Source: Chrysomallon squamiferum (Eukaryota; Animalia; Mollusca). From it: DNA of 64,000 nt. Both the position numbers and the translations under genes were made by a program. This document shows, in pieces, positions 37,736 to 53,057 of the stretch. The DNA lies in NCBI GenBank assembly GCA_012295275.1, contig CM022672.1, forward strand, positions 5,766,001 through 5,830,000. The letters are read 5' to 3'. Under the pieces are notes generated by a model. That model was given only the letters and a program-made list of their open reading frames with translations, was not told the origin of the DNA and ran no database searches. Each line of letters begins with the position of its first letter. The first letter of the stretch is position 1.

Positions 37736-40700
37736 TATTTATATTAATTTAAATTAATCCATTATTTTAGAAATAAACTGCCAGAATGTATTTATTTATA
37801 TATAGTTTTTAAATTGTAAATACAAGCAAATGTTATAGTCCAACAACAATCAGATTACTACACAGAAAAATATTATGACAAAAATGTTTATTGTTTCTTT
37901 AATTTGGCCAATAACAACATTTTAGATTATCATGTTATATACATGATAAAATATAAAACTCAATTAAAATTCTGTATGATGTCTTTAATTATTCATTTTA
38001 GTGAATTTATGGAGTTTTGTTTTTGAGAGCTTTTTTTTTTTATGTTGTAAAAACAAAATAATGTGCAATAAATATTTATTTCTTACAATTACTGAATACT
38101 TTTGTGAAGTGAATAAAATTTCAGCATCATTATCAAATCATGGAAACTAACCACAACAAAAGTGACAGGTAAGGCATGCATGACCGATAACATGTCTTTC
38201 CAATCACACCTGTGGGAAATAACTGTAAAAATAAAATCCCTGCTCTCTATTCCACCCTGTACAACAGCAAGAGAACAATTTCAGCATGAACCTTGTTCAA
38301 ACTGAAAGCTGATTAACATCTGCAATACTGCACTTTAATTCCCTTCCAGCATTCTCTGGGGACCAAAACCAACTTCAGATGTCATGATTTTAGACAGGAA
38401 CAATAAAGAGTAGAGCTACTGACATTTTACAAATAAGAATGTTTCCTGACACACACAAATTAAATTTTTACTAAGAATCTGTTTTCCTTCTTCTTTTTTG
38501 GCTAATGGGTCAGTTGCAATATTGTGAATTTCTCTCCTTTTCAAGATCTGGCTTTGATGTGATATAAACAGTTTTACCTCCTTTTTCAGAGGGAGTGAAG
38601 GCTGGAATATGCTTCACCTCAAAAGGAAAGTTTATTATTATTAATTTTTATTTAGAAGTTTGTAATAGTTTTTGACACAATATTTTATAAATAAAAAATG
38701 GATCATGTTACCAATACATTTATAAGTTGACAGGCTCATACATTTGTTCTTGATTTGGGGACATTTAAAACAACACGCAAAATAAATAAAAAATTAAAAA
38801 ATCAATGCTGCAGTGACAAACAACTTTTACAAATACAAATTTCTCCTGACAAAGACATATTAAATTCTCACTTAGAAAACAAAAGTGTATTATTATTTTT
38901 TTTTTTTTTTTTTTTCTCCAGGATGTTGATGTTGTGAACTGTTTTTTAAATTTAGACTGGAAATGTAGCAGTGACAAATTACTTTAGACAAATTGCACAG
39001 ATCATTAATTCTTTCTTCATTATCTTTTTTCTTCTTCTTTTATTTTATTTTATTTTATTTTATTTTATTTTATTTTATTTTATTTTTTTGAGTTTTATAA
39101 ACCAAACTGAAATGCGAATGTCTTTTTTTAAATGGTACTGTTTTAGGGTTTTTTTTTTTCTTTTCTTCAGGATTTTAGTTTGGATAACCTAAATAATTTC
39201 AGACCTGACATTTTACAAATAGTAACTTTTCCTGACATACACATGTTAAATTCTCAGCTGTAACTATTTTTTTCTTACTTTTGTTTACTGTGGGTCCAAA
39301 GGGGTGGTGCTGTATGGTGAATTTTAAAAGAATCTTAGATTGAAACTCCAGAAAAACAAATGGTTTCCTACATGATATTTAATTAAAAAAAAAAAAAACA
39401 TTGTGAGTAAGGTGTTAAATTCACTTTTACAATGCCAGTGGTTTTTTATTTATGTGTGTATGTGTTTGTGTACATGCCTATTATTTTGCAATGTAAATTT
39501 TCTTATAGGATTTCAGAACTCATACTCTAGCAATGACACAGAAAAAAATCTGAAATGTCATTTTTTTTAAAATAATTTCTTGAGACATGTTAAATTCTAT
39601 TTTTAAAAATATAAGTTTTTATTAATCTTTCTTTTCTATTTCTTTTTAAATCCTAATAACCTTGAAATAATGTTTTAAATTTTTTTTTTCTTTTTTTTTT
39701 CTGTTTTACATTTATTCTAAAGTTTTAATATGAAATTTTTAAAATAATTATATTTTTTAACATGAACATTAAACTGTCACATGAAACTATTTCTTTCAAT
39801 TGATTTATTTTTATTTTTTAATGCATTATGAATGTTTTTTTTCCTGCGGTTATAACATGCAGCCTAATAAATAACAGTGAACATGTAACATGATGTAAAT
39901 AAAACGATCATTAGGAAATACATAAAATCATCTTTCAAGTTACTGATTAGCATTAATACCAGTAGATAGTGTTATGCAGCTGATTAAAAAAAAAAAAAAA
40001 AAAAAAATTCTGTTTAATCAGGAAATACTGAAATTGTCTACATTGTATTTGATTTTTTTTCTTGATTATTTTTTCTTCTTCTTTTTTTTTGTCCTCTTTT
40101 TTCTTAATTCTAGCCTCAGTATTTTGAAAATTAAATCTGTTCAAGAGTTTATTTTTAACTTCCAAGAGTCTGGGAACATTTTTTAATCAATTTCTATGGA
40201 AACAATCTCATTTTTTTCTTCTTCTTCTGTAATATCTAGATTAAAACCATCTCTAAACACAGACAGGAGAGCAAATACAAAACGAGTGAAAAAGAAGCTA
40301 ATATCAAAGGAGTCATATACTGACATTATCATCACTGGTATGTTTATTTTTCTGCCCCTCTCCATGACACATCTCAGAATGGATTGTAACTTTTGCTTGC
40401 TGAAGCACAAGTGAGTAAAATGATAAATCCTTCTTTCAGTACCCACCAAATTATTTCCTTCTCCAAAAGTATTAAAGACATTGTGAGTGCCTCTTTTTTA
40501 TGGAAAGATTTTTCTATTACAACAATAACACCAAAATTATTTGCATTGGACACATGAATGTCATGGATGAAAGATTAATGATGTTCTCAACATATTTTAA
40601 TCTATACGTATTTAATCATGGTTAAAGACTATAGAAATAACGAGAGAAACAAAAACCACTGCAACCACATGATGGACTACTTGCTTTTTGGTTAGCAATA

Positions 40701-41214
40701 AAGCACACCAGTGGGCTCTGATAACTCCATGGTGGAGTACTGGCTGAAAAGGCTCAAATAATGTACCAAGGAGTCATGATCTTGCAACTCATTGAATCAG
40801 AAACCTGCTCTCTAAATAGCAAGATGCAGCTCATCCTTGTTAATGAATTGTAAAGAAATGCATGCCTCTTATATACCTAATAAAATATGTTTCCTTAAAT
40901 CTTGATCATTACATAATAAAACAACCAAAAATGCTTATTTAACATTTTCTAAACCTGGTTACCTGGGTGATACTGAGAGTTCTGGCATATGTGTGAATTC
41001 CTGCTACAACTGCAGCCACCATTCCTCTGTAAATTGTCATTAGATTTCTGTAACAGAGAAGCATCCAAAACAGTAAATGAATTAATGAAATCTCAACATA
41101 TTTTAATGATAATATCAGCTGTCAAATATATGGGGGATTTATGTAAGGAAGATTATCTGAGAAGAAACCTGTAGCAGGTACCTTATGCACTTCTTTTTAT
41201 ATTTTAACATCTTA

Positions 41215-41249
<35 letters not shown>

Positions 41250-44200
41250 TCTAGTTATTTTATTTACACATAGCATATACTACAGCATTGAATACACCAT
41301 TTTGGGAGCAGCAGTTGATATCTATTACAGGAAATTACCCAGCAGGTTCAAGGTAGGATTGATTTTATATAAAAATAAAAGATGTGAAAAAAAAAAAAAA
41401 ATTGTCTTAAAGATATATCCATAAAATAAAAATTGTCTTAAAGATATATCCATAAAATAAAATGTGTATTATTCAGTGTGTTAAATAAGCAAGTGCATGA
41501 ACTATCCAGCTACTCTGAACAGACAGATGCATAAAATAAGTGTGAAAGGCATTTTCTAAAAAAGAAAGGGATAAATGAAAATACCCAGGTATTAATGTAT
41601 TAGTCTTATAATTATGATGATAATAATTACAGTAACAACACCAACCGTAACACAAACACACACACACACACACACACACACAAATTTAATTTATTTTTAG
41701 GCCATAAGTCATTCTCTTCTCAAATCACTTAGAAATACATTTCCCCCCTTCCACATTAAATCCCTCCAATACTTAATGAGAAAACTGCATTTTGCTATCT
41801 AGGAATATCAATATTCTGCATAACCATTTGGTTATTATGTGGTAAAAGCTCAGCTCATAGCAGTGAATTCACTTGCATGTAATTGTTACGTATCAACAAG
41901 CCATCCATCAAACAGCTTTTGAGTCTGGCTGGACAGAACACACACGTTATGAATAAATTATCTGGTGACAGCAGCCATGTTAAACCACTTAATTACATTT
42001 GGATGAGTGGAATAATATCTCTTCAGGGCTATGGTATTATTAAAGGGATTGGAATTTTTTTTTTTTTTTTTTTTTTTTAAAGCAAAAAATAACAAATTTA
42101 TAGGTGGTTGGATGCAGTATAGTAGGATAAAAGAAATTATTAACGATTTAAGATGAAATATTGTATCTGTTATGGCTGCGTTAGGTGTGCAAGGACACTA
42201 ATCTGCTAATAAGAAAGAATGCCAATAATATACAGTTCTGCTGAATTTAGGGAGGCAGTCATTTTTTTATTACTTTTTTTTTTTTAATCTTATTTACTAG
42301 TGGTGCACAAAATGTTAAAATTAAGCAATAAAATGACATATAATGAAGTTTATTTATCAGCTGGTGATGATGGTAATACAAGCAATAATACAAGACAATG
42401 TTTAAATGAACCAAGGCACACTTTAAACAGGATTTTGTTAAAACTGACTCTTTTCATTTTTTACTATTTATACTTACTCAACATCTATATTCCTTCTGTT
42501 AACTTCTAAAAAAGAAAGAAAGAAAAATAGTAACATATAAAGCACAAGTTAAAGAAGGCAATAAAATAAAAATATTAACAAACAAAAACAACCCCTCCAA
42601 CTGAAAAATACACAAAATGAACCAAATGGAAACCCAACAAATTATTATTATTATTATTTTATTATTATTTTGAATCTGAAAGAAAACCAAGAGAAAAATT
42701 AAAAAAACAGAAATAACAATTCATAATCTTCCCCATCTCCCCTGGATCCTGCAAACACTTTTTAATAATTTGAGAAAATAATATTAAGAATATTCATCAC
42801 AATCCTAATTGATTTTTATTTTCCTGTAGAAGACCTTTAAGAAGAGATGTCGTGACACACCCAGAGCTACTGATGGGTTATTAATCCTGTCCTCGCACCT
42901 TCGACCCAGCCTCAACAAATATTGGTTCATGGTTCATCAAGGCCCCAGTGCGGCCCTTGGGGTCAAAAGTTTAGCATATCCCACAAATATTGGACATCAA
43001 GGAAGCAGCACTGCATGAATAGATATCGATTAAGTGTGAGAGAGCAGAACACTGAAAGTTTTACTGTTTCTTTGTGAGTTAACTCTGCAGCTTGTTAGAA
43101 CGCACACACTGAATCAGAGAAGAGTTTTCAAAACACTAATAAAAATAGCCAAACAGTCTAAGCAGGTTATTAAAATAATGTCAAAAAAAAAAAAAAAAAT
43201 ATCAAGAGGTTTCTATTTTTAAGTTATTGATAATGTTTTGAGATGAAATGGGCAATAAGTGAGAGGTTTTTTTTTTTGATAACTGAAATTAAGCGTGCAT
43301 ATCTCTATAAACAGTGGCAATATATAGCTCGATGTTAAAAGTTCACTTGATGTATAGTGAGCTGAGAATTGATCCACAAAGTCAGATCACTGGGCTGGTT
43401 CCTGCCACAACCAGTGTTACATGATTAGTACATGAAAGGCCATGGTATGGGTTGTAGTGTCTGACAGAAAGTGGATTTAAAAGATCCTTTGTGGCTACTG
43501 AAATAATAAAACAGATTTCCTCTGGAGAACTGTTTCTCAAAATTATGTCCAGTGGCTAATGCTATAAATAAAATTTAAAAAAATAAAACAAATAAAAAAA
43601 TAAAAAAATAAATAAAAAAAAAAAAAAAAAATAATATAAATAAATTTAAAAAAACCCTCCAAAAACAAACAGCCCCCCCCCCAAAAACAAAAGAACAACA
43701 GCCAAGCAAAACAAACTTTAAATAGAAAAATTATTACAATAATATGGCAATGAAAAGATGATGATAAAAAAAATGATAATGAATTGAGATGGTGTTGTCA
43801 ATCAATACAAAAATAACCAAATTTTTTTCTTTTTTCTGAAATTACATTATTTAAAAATGATGCAAACAAGGCGCAAATTGATTAATGTGTGTGTATTTGC
43901 GTTGTGATATATAATTATTTAATACATCACTGTGTAAACACAACAATTATAATTTTACCACTGTAATGAAACAACTGCCTTGTATTCTTTGTATATCCAG
44001 TCTTTTTCTCTATCATATTGAATTTTGTGACATGTCAAAGTGTTTTGTAAGGAGCGACTGAAATCAATAATTCTTTGCTGCATAGGTAATAAAAAATGGC
44101 TTGCTCAGTAAAAAAAATCTTTATGAAATTAAACACATCTTGACCTGATATTCCAAACTGCACTTACTTTTTCCTGTCTTTATTTTTTTTTCCTTACAAA

Positions 44201-44559
44201 AATCAATAAACTATGACAAGAAAATTCTAAAAAACCCACAAAAAACACCACTTTTGAGTTAAATTATCAATAAATTAATTTGTTATAAAAATTCATATAA
44301 CAAATCCATAAATAAAAAAAGTACAATAAATAATAATGATAATAAAATAAAAAAATTCTTTATGATAAGCAAAACTCCAGCACAAAGTAGGAGAGTTACT
44401 TATCATGGTAACACTAAAGTGAGAAATATTTTCATTGACCCAGATATAAAATATAAAGTTAATTAACATAACCATATTTGATGCCTGAACTTAACTTTAA
44501 ATAAAAAATAAAAATAAATAAAAATAAATAAATAAGTAAGTAACTTTAATAAGTAAGTA

Positions 44560-44590
<31 letters not shown>

Positions 44591-47500
44591 TGAATAAATA
44601 AATAAATAAACACTTGATTCCAGAGGCTGACTATATGACTTTAAAAACAGAAATACACATGGACAGACAGCAAGGAACAAATGCACCTCCAATAACATGC
44701 AGCAACTTAACGAAGGCTGAACGAATGGACTGAACATTCAGAGACAAAATGCTCTAGATTATTCTGACTAGAATAAATCACGTATTTGAGTATGATGAAA
44801 TGAAATAGGATGGCAGATCAGTCCTAAAAGCTGATTTAAAAAAAAAAAAAAAAAAAAAAATCCTCAACACAGGTTTATGATCCAGTATTTGCATTGCAGA
44901 TTCTCATTAAGTATAATTATAGTCATGTAAAACATGAAGTATCAGAAGAAAATGATCCATACACAGAACTGATTGCCACACATGACGTCACCTGAAGCTA
45001 AAGACAAATTACTTCATGCTCTACATGTGACATTTTGGTCAGATGATCACAAGATATCATGTAACTGTCATATAATTCTTGTGCCAGCTTCAAACATTTC
45101 ACATGTAATACTAGTTTTATTGATCACCATCTCAGTGATTATTCTGATCATATGAGATATGAGGGGCTGCAGGATCAATTCTTCTTGGTGGCATCCTTAT
45201 ATTGCTTGCAAAGATAATGATAAGTACTTTTTTCTCTGTTGGAAGATGCATACTGATAAGAACAGCCAATGAAACAGTGGAAGTTAAATACTAAACAGCT
45301 TTTAATATTATGATTATTTATTCTTTCTGACCACTTTATTTTCACTTATTTCATAACTTAAATTTGAATAACAGCATCTTCAATGTAGGAATATGACTGA
45401 TTAATAGAACAGGAATCTCCACAGGAAACCCTAACAACAATTAAAAAAAAGGAAAAGAAACTTAACATATTAATAAAAGCAATGTAGATATCTGAAACAG
45501 AAATAAACTAAAGGAGTTTTATCAATAACTATTGTGTATAAAATTGATTTTCTTATCCTTGCATGTATTAAGACATCATGGAATTTCTATCTAAATGTCA
45601 GCAGGTTCACTGACATTCACTCATAATACTTATAAAGTGTGAGTGGGAAAGATAATCTGCTTTTATCAATTCTCTAAATAATTTACTGAAATTCAAGATC
45701 AATTATTATTACTGGTGTGACCTGAATATAAATGTTTTAACTATATTAATATTGTTAATTTTTTATTTTATATCAGTTTTCAAATTAATGAGTAATGTCT
45801 TTTTCTATATATTTCATATCAACATTTTAAGAGATGCAGAAAGTTAGATGCTGAATCAATGAATAAACAAAGAGATTATAGTTTCAGAGATGATTTTATT
45901 TATTTTAATTATTTAATATAATGATCATTTTCAAAAGAGGAACTACATTCTTGCTTATTACTTAATAAAAGCAAGGGTTCATTTAGGAACGTCTTCTCAA
46001 AGACAGGAAATCATATATCACAGCCTCTGGTAAAGAAGTTCTAGGGTTCTGGCAGGAATAGGAAATAGCCCAAGAGTGTATGTACGGATGGGATCTGATT
46101 CTCTAATTTATCAAAAACCAGTAGTGTCTTACAGCATCATATAATAAAACTTAAATTTTATTTATTTTTAGGTGTTGTTCTCTTAGCATCTTATTCACTA
46201 AAATCTAATTTTTTTCAAATCTATTTTCAGAGAAATCCAATATTTCACCATCTATTTACATTGAAATCAAATTTTGTATCCCTGATCAATTTTCAAACAA
46301 ATGAGTTAGTCTCTTCCACTCTACATTTTGCACTGATGGTTTAAAAAGATCATGTAAATTAGTAGCTGACACCAGTGTCTTCAAAGTGCTGACAAATTAC
46401 ACTCTAGTGCTTCGGAGACCATCAGTTAAACACAAACAGTGGAAGTGGTGCTATACACCGAGGAACAAACGAGCCTGTAGGACAGCAGCGACTTACTGAA
46501 TGCTGATCCAATGATTCAGTAACGAAACTGAATTACACACTGACCAATGATTACCGAGAGATGACGACTAGGTGGTTAAATGACAGGGAACAGAGAAAGT
46601 GGCACTGACACAGAGTGAGAGAAAATGAGAACGATGCACACACAGAAACAGCTGAAGTGAATGGTGTGACACATAGTTTCAGCAGGGGAGTGTTGTATGT
46701 TCAAACAACAGAAGTGACATATACCAAGAGAGAAGACTGACGTGTATAAACATTGAGAGAGTGACGCACAGTTACACTCAGAAAAAAACAGAGTGAAAAA
46801 AAGATACACAGACAATTAAAGAAAGAAAAAGATAATGTGTAACTAAAGACAAACGCAAAATAACCGAAAAACAGTGAGTGACAGTGAGAGAGAAAGAAAG
46901 ACAGAAAGGAGGACATACTGAGAGGACAGAAGACAGTCATCCTGTGAGACTGTTAGCTTATTGTTTGTCTTCTCAGTGCCGCATTTTGGAATTGATTTTA
47001 CAAGCGAAGTCTGCCACAGCTTCTGTAGTAGCGAGGACCACTGAAGTATTCTGTTGCTGTTGAATACTTGCGAGTTCAGTTTGAAAATTGAGGTAAAACC
47101 ACTGATGCTGAATTTTGTAATTTCTGGACAACACATAATTTTAATTGCAGAATTCTAAAAGTTTATTTTCAAAATGGAAGTAGGACACAGAGAACTTTTA
47201 CAACTGATAAATTGCATGCTTTGACAAAGTGCATGTACTACTACGACTCATAACCTTGCCAAACATTGCTGAGTTAATTATGGAAATGGAGACACACAAC
47301 TGAAAACTATTTTTTAATTGCATGATTCTAAAGGTTTTTGAAAACTGGAGTTGTATCATTGAAAAGCTGTTCTTTTTCAAGTTTTGGAGATTTTGTTGAA
47401 ATGGAGAGGTAAGACTAAAGAACTATTTCAAGCACTTTGAAATCAACATGTACATAGTTTGAAGTTTTTATGGTAAGACATAATATTTGATTTTCTGTTG

Positions 47501-48142
47501 ACAATAATTACAGACATGTTCACTAAGCTAGCTAATTAGTACATGCCATATCACTGTATCATTACTAACAGATCTCAGATAAATAACTTTTTTTTTCAAA
47601 TAATGCTCACTATTTTCTTTGTATATTATTATATTTGTATCATTTGTTTTGAATTAGATGTAGATTATAAATGAATTGAGAATTTAGGATACACTATATA
47701 AGTTATATAAAGATATTACTTCTTTTAATTTTTTTATTATCCCTGTTTGTTTACATCAAAAGAAATAAACGAAAAATTTAAGTAACAATTTCCAATAATT
47801 CTTATAAAAAATATAATAATAAAATAAAAAATAAAAAATCCTAAAGCATTTTTATATCATGAATCATACTGCAAGCAGTAATTAATTTCATGAATTTATG
47901 TAAAAATAATTATCTGTGGCAGTTAACAAAATTTGTGCTGATTGGCAAATAGCAGTTTAGTTTTATTCAGTTGATAACATTCTTAATTTAAGAATTTTAT
48001 TTCATTAACATACACACAGTAATGAAGTGTAAATGAGTCTGATAGTTGCAGGCAAATCTGTCACATCATTATTCCCTTATTCCTCTTGAAATTATATAAT
48101 GTACAATAATTATTTCTCAAGGTATATATATATATATATATA

Positions 48143-48180
<38 letters not shown>

Positions 48181-48470
48181 TCTCTGTGTGTGTGTTAGAA
48201 TCTGCGTTTCGTCATTCAGTTTTAGAATGGTTCAATATGTCAATACTTTTTTTTAAAAATATTTTTCAGATAACAGGACACTGAGATTAAAGATCCAGAT
48301 TTATATCTGATGCATGATCTTTTTTCTTCCTCCATTAACAGTGTTAATTATTGTATTACACGACTAGGTAATCAATAGTCAGTGATTAGAATACTGGTTG
48401 AATGCACTAGGTTTTCCAGTAATTACTTCTTATATGTTCTGTAAAGCTTATGAGAGAAAGAGAGAAACAG

Positions 48471-48533
<63 letters not shown>

Positions 48534-51500
48534 AAACAGAAATAGCAAATGAAAAATTAAAGGAATAAGAATGTGGAATGTAAAAATCTCAAAGAGAGTG
48601 AGAATGAAAATAATAATTAAAAAATAAATAAGAAGGTGGAAAAAAACAATGTAAAAGAAGAAGAAAGCTATGGTAAATGAAAAAAACACTTATATTAAAC
48701 AAAAGGAAGATAAACACGCACACACACACACTTACACGTGCATGCACACACATACATGTGCATACTATGCACTAACACACACACACACAGACACAAATGT
48801 TTTATTAAACAACACACTTCATTAATTTTCATTTTCAGTTAGTATCAAGTAATCTTTTATATGTGTTTTCCCAAACACAGGAAAACATACACCATGCTTT
48901 TAATAACCCATCATGAGACTTTGGCAGAGGCAGGAAACAGACCAGTGAGTGTAAATAATAGATACAAAATAAGAAATAGCTAAGCTACAGATAGTGGGAA
49001 GGCAACAGAAAGATAGTAAATGAGAAACAGCGAACAAGAAATAGAGATAATATAAAGACAGAAATGAAAAGTAAAATAAAATGAAATAAAGACAAAGAGA
49101 GAAAATGGGAACCAAATAATGTATTTAATTTCAGTAAATGCCATTAATATGTCACTTATTCAGGGTTAAAAAGATTTTCAATATTAACATCAAAAACTAA
49201 ATTCTTAATTAATTTTTTTTTTAATTTATTCTTGTTAGTCAGACAGAACTGTAGACATACAGATACATAAAAGTAAAGTTCCAGTTTTTAGTAAAACAAG
49301 ATAAAGATCGTTGCAATAAATGTCTTTCAGATTCCTAAATTTGATTTTTCTCCTGGGACACTTTAAGATCAGGATCTCTAAAAGAGAGTAAAAAAAATGT
49401 AAATCTCTTCATGGTGAAAGCCTCCATTTGAACACGATACTATGGCATTCACAAGTAGCCTACCTAATTCATAATGCATGCAATCAATAGAGCAGCAATT
49501 GCACAAAGTAAGTGCCAATACAGCATTGCTAGCCAATTTACTAGCAACTTTTCAATGTATTGCAAGAGTCCCACTCTAAAGTCTTGATGTTGATATGAGC
49601 CAACAAAAGAAAAATATCTTTGAAATTTACATGTAAAATGTTTGGTTCTTTTTTCATTTTTTTTTTCATTCTATAAGAAATAGAAAACTGCTGGCACATT
49701 TTCTACTAATTTTGCATAATGAAATAAAAATGTCTTTGATAAATTTTTTATGAAAATATTCTTTTGTTCCACATGGAATATAGCAATTTTCAGTCATTAT
49801 TTTAATGCATCTTTAATATCCCTTCATGGTTCTATAAAATACATAAAATATACAACTTTGAAAACAGAATACACCCATTGCTGGACAATTTATTCTCTCT
49901 TTCTGAGAAACGCCATTTCTAATTCTCCAATGTAATGATAGAGAATACCAAAATATAATAAAAGTATCTTTAAAATTGTTGTGAATTACATTCTTCAGTC
50001 CATATGGAATACAATACTGATATTCAGTACTTTGTCTCTTACAGCATGCAACAAAAAGGCTAGAACAATGATGTGGATGATGATGATGATGGTGATGAGC
50101 ATGCTTTGTGTAATATGCTTGTTTGTCTGAGTATGTATTCAGTGTGTGTAAATGTGTGCTTTCTGTGTGATACGTTGATGGATAAAAAATACAGATCAAT
50201 TTAATCAATCTCAATATAATAATCATTTTCTGACTTTTTTTTTTTTTTATTGCAGATGATGTCAGCAAGATCATTCAGTATAAAATAACACCACTTAGAG
50301 TGAATTAATTAGTATTCCTTGTGACAAAAAACCAAAAAGTACAAATTAAATGATCTACATGTGACAATTCATAGCCAGCAGCATCATCACCACCATCAAC
50401 ACCAACAACAACTTGCAAGCAGACTTCTTCCTTAAAATCAATACAGCCACAAAGTCTACAGGGCAAAATCATCAAGCTTCCAAGTGTGCCAATCTTGGTA
50501 ACACAGGCCACCAGAAGTGTTCACGACACCTTAGTAACAAGACAAGTCACTCCTTGCTTCATTTTGTAGCAGTGCGAACTGAAGCAGCTTGTTGAAGACT
50601 TTATGACAATCTCAGCACTGCATTGGAAGAGTGAAATTAAGCAGAGATGAATTTGTACAGAAGCCTTCACATGCCACAGCATGAATGACATTGAGAATTG
50701 GCTACTGTGTTGTGCATTGTTCAGTGGTGATGGAGAGAAATAATTAAATGTTGAGTAGAATTCATCATTAGAAACCTGTCATCAAGTTGGAGCTGAGTTA
50801 TTATTATAAAAGAAAAATTTTGTTAATACTATATCAAGGTACAGAACCAAGCTGTGACAATTCTGAATTTATATAATACTGTATAGTACTGAAATGTGTA
50901 TTTGTTCTCTATAATGAAAGGTTTTCAAGGAATTAAAAGAAAAAAACTGTATAATTGTCTACAGGATTAACTGAAAACAAAAATTCAAACCAACGTTGTG
51001 ACATTATAACATCATTAGTGTTACATTTTAACACAGGAATACATTTCCACGATGCGACTGCCTCACTTTGAACTGTACCCACAAAACTATTTCCCATTTC
51101 TTATTCCCCCACTCAAACAGTGTCTCACTCCACACCCTCTGTGTGACAATGGTCTTGAACCAGCCAATGCCACCGCCTACTGGATGGAGATCACCGATTA
51201 CTTCTCATTCCTTGCTCTACCTGTTATTCTGATTTTTGCATTTGTCACTGAGATAATCAGTGTAATAGTGCTGTCAAAACAGATGAGGATGTCACTGGAC
51301 ACTTATCTCTTGGGTCTGTCCCTGGCTACCATCCTTCTCATCTTGTGTACTGTGACCCTGGGTCTGCAGCACTACATTGGCTATCAGGAGTTTCTGGTGT
51401 ACGTTCAGGGCTATATCATCAGCTGCCGTGACTGGTTCTGGTATACAACGATATGGCTGATGGTGATGATGAGTTTTGAAAGAGCACTCACTGTTTCATC

Positions 51501-53011
51501 AAGCAGACAAAACACTTTGTGCAGCTCTGCTCAAGCTGGTGTGGTAGTTGTTATGGTGTTCTGTGTTGGGTTGGTCAGTGCACTGCCAAGATTTTGGGAG
51601 TACATGGCAACTGAAGTGGTCAACCAGTCGACCAATCAGACAGTTCTTCTGACCATGAAAACTGAATCGACTACGACTCCAGAATACAACATGATGTATT
51701 TCTGGTATGTGAAGACTATAACACTGTTTCTCCCTTACTTAATGATGCTGGGCATCTCTATCACCCTCAGCTGCAAAACTCGTCGCTCAACCATGACTCG
51801 CCGATACATGGCTGTCAAACACACCAGTGGACTAACTCTTAACCGTAAAATCAAAGAGGAGATAGCTTTATCCAAACTGCTAATCCTGCTCATAGTAGTG
51901 TATGTCATATTCACAACACCGTTCTGTATGTTGGATCTGCTGTCCTATGTCCTACCACAGTGGATCAGCTCTAGTACGAGAATATTTGCCAGTCTTCATA
52001 ATCTTTTCAGTGTGTTCTTTTTTCTGCATAATGCTTTTCATCTCATTGTCTACTTCTGTTACAACAAACAGTTCAGACTCACACTTCTCTCTCTTTGTTG
52101 TTGTTGTTGCTGATGTATTAAGTGTGACAGTTATTACATTTCTAATTTAAGGTTCTTGTGGATCTTGTTGTTGTTTTTTTATAAGTGGCATTTATATTTA
52201 CTACTGGGTTGGAAAATGTTACAACTCTACATGTCTGACTGGTTCCTATAATTTTGTTTTGGCTGGTGGAGATGTTTTTTTTAAATTTACATCAAAATTA
52301 TTTTTTCTTTTGATTATATTTTGATTATTATTATTTTTTTTTTTTTTTATTTCATTCATAGACTATTCAAATAACAATTGATAAAACCTGGTTTAACATA
52401 TTTTTTTGTTTTTTTTTCCACCAGCACTATTAAATTATCTTTTATTTAAAATTTTCTCTGTAGAAACTATTAAAACAATTTTTTTTTTTAAAATTAATAA
52501 TTAAATTACAAGTGGAAAAAATGTAAAAACAAAACAAAAAACCCCTTTAAATTAATGAACTGCAAAAGTAAAAAAATTGCAAGTAAAAAAACCTAAAATA
52601 AAATTATTGATACCTTTCTTAATAAATAAGCATTTATTGTCACCAAGATTATTAATAGTTATTTTAAATTTATATAAATAAACAAAACAATAATCATAAT
52701 GATAAATGAAATGTTCTTTTGCATAATGATATTCATAATTGTAAACTCCTCCTCACCACTTTCTGTCTCTTTCCAAAAAAACAAAAAAAAAAACGAACAA
52801 CAATATTAAAAAATAAAAAATAAAAAATAAATATACATAAAATAATAATATAAAACAACCAAAGAACAATTAACAGAAAGGAATCTTTTATATGGAACAC
52901 AGGAATTATGTAAATAAAAGTCAAAGAAACATACGGACATCTACAGAAGCTCACAAACACTCAGAAATAAAAACATACAAATGCTCTACTACAGGCAGCA
53001 AAATTAATATG

Positions 53012-53057
<46 letters not shown>

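Noticed and set aside
38292-38390. Candidate DNAAF9 exon ending AAG|gttcat
   Set aside because: In-frame stop; the homologous exon is at 41047-40963.
43314-43385. tRNA gene
   Set aside because: A and B boxes are degenerate, no cloverleaf could be formed, and the sequence continues into a SINE-like body.
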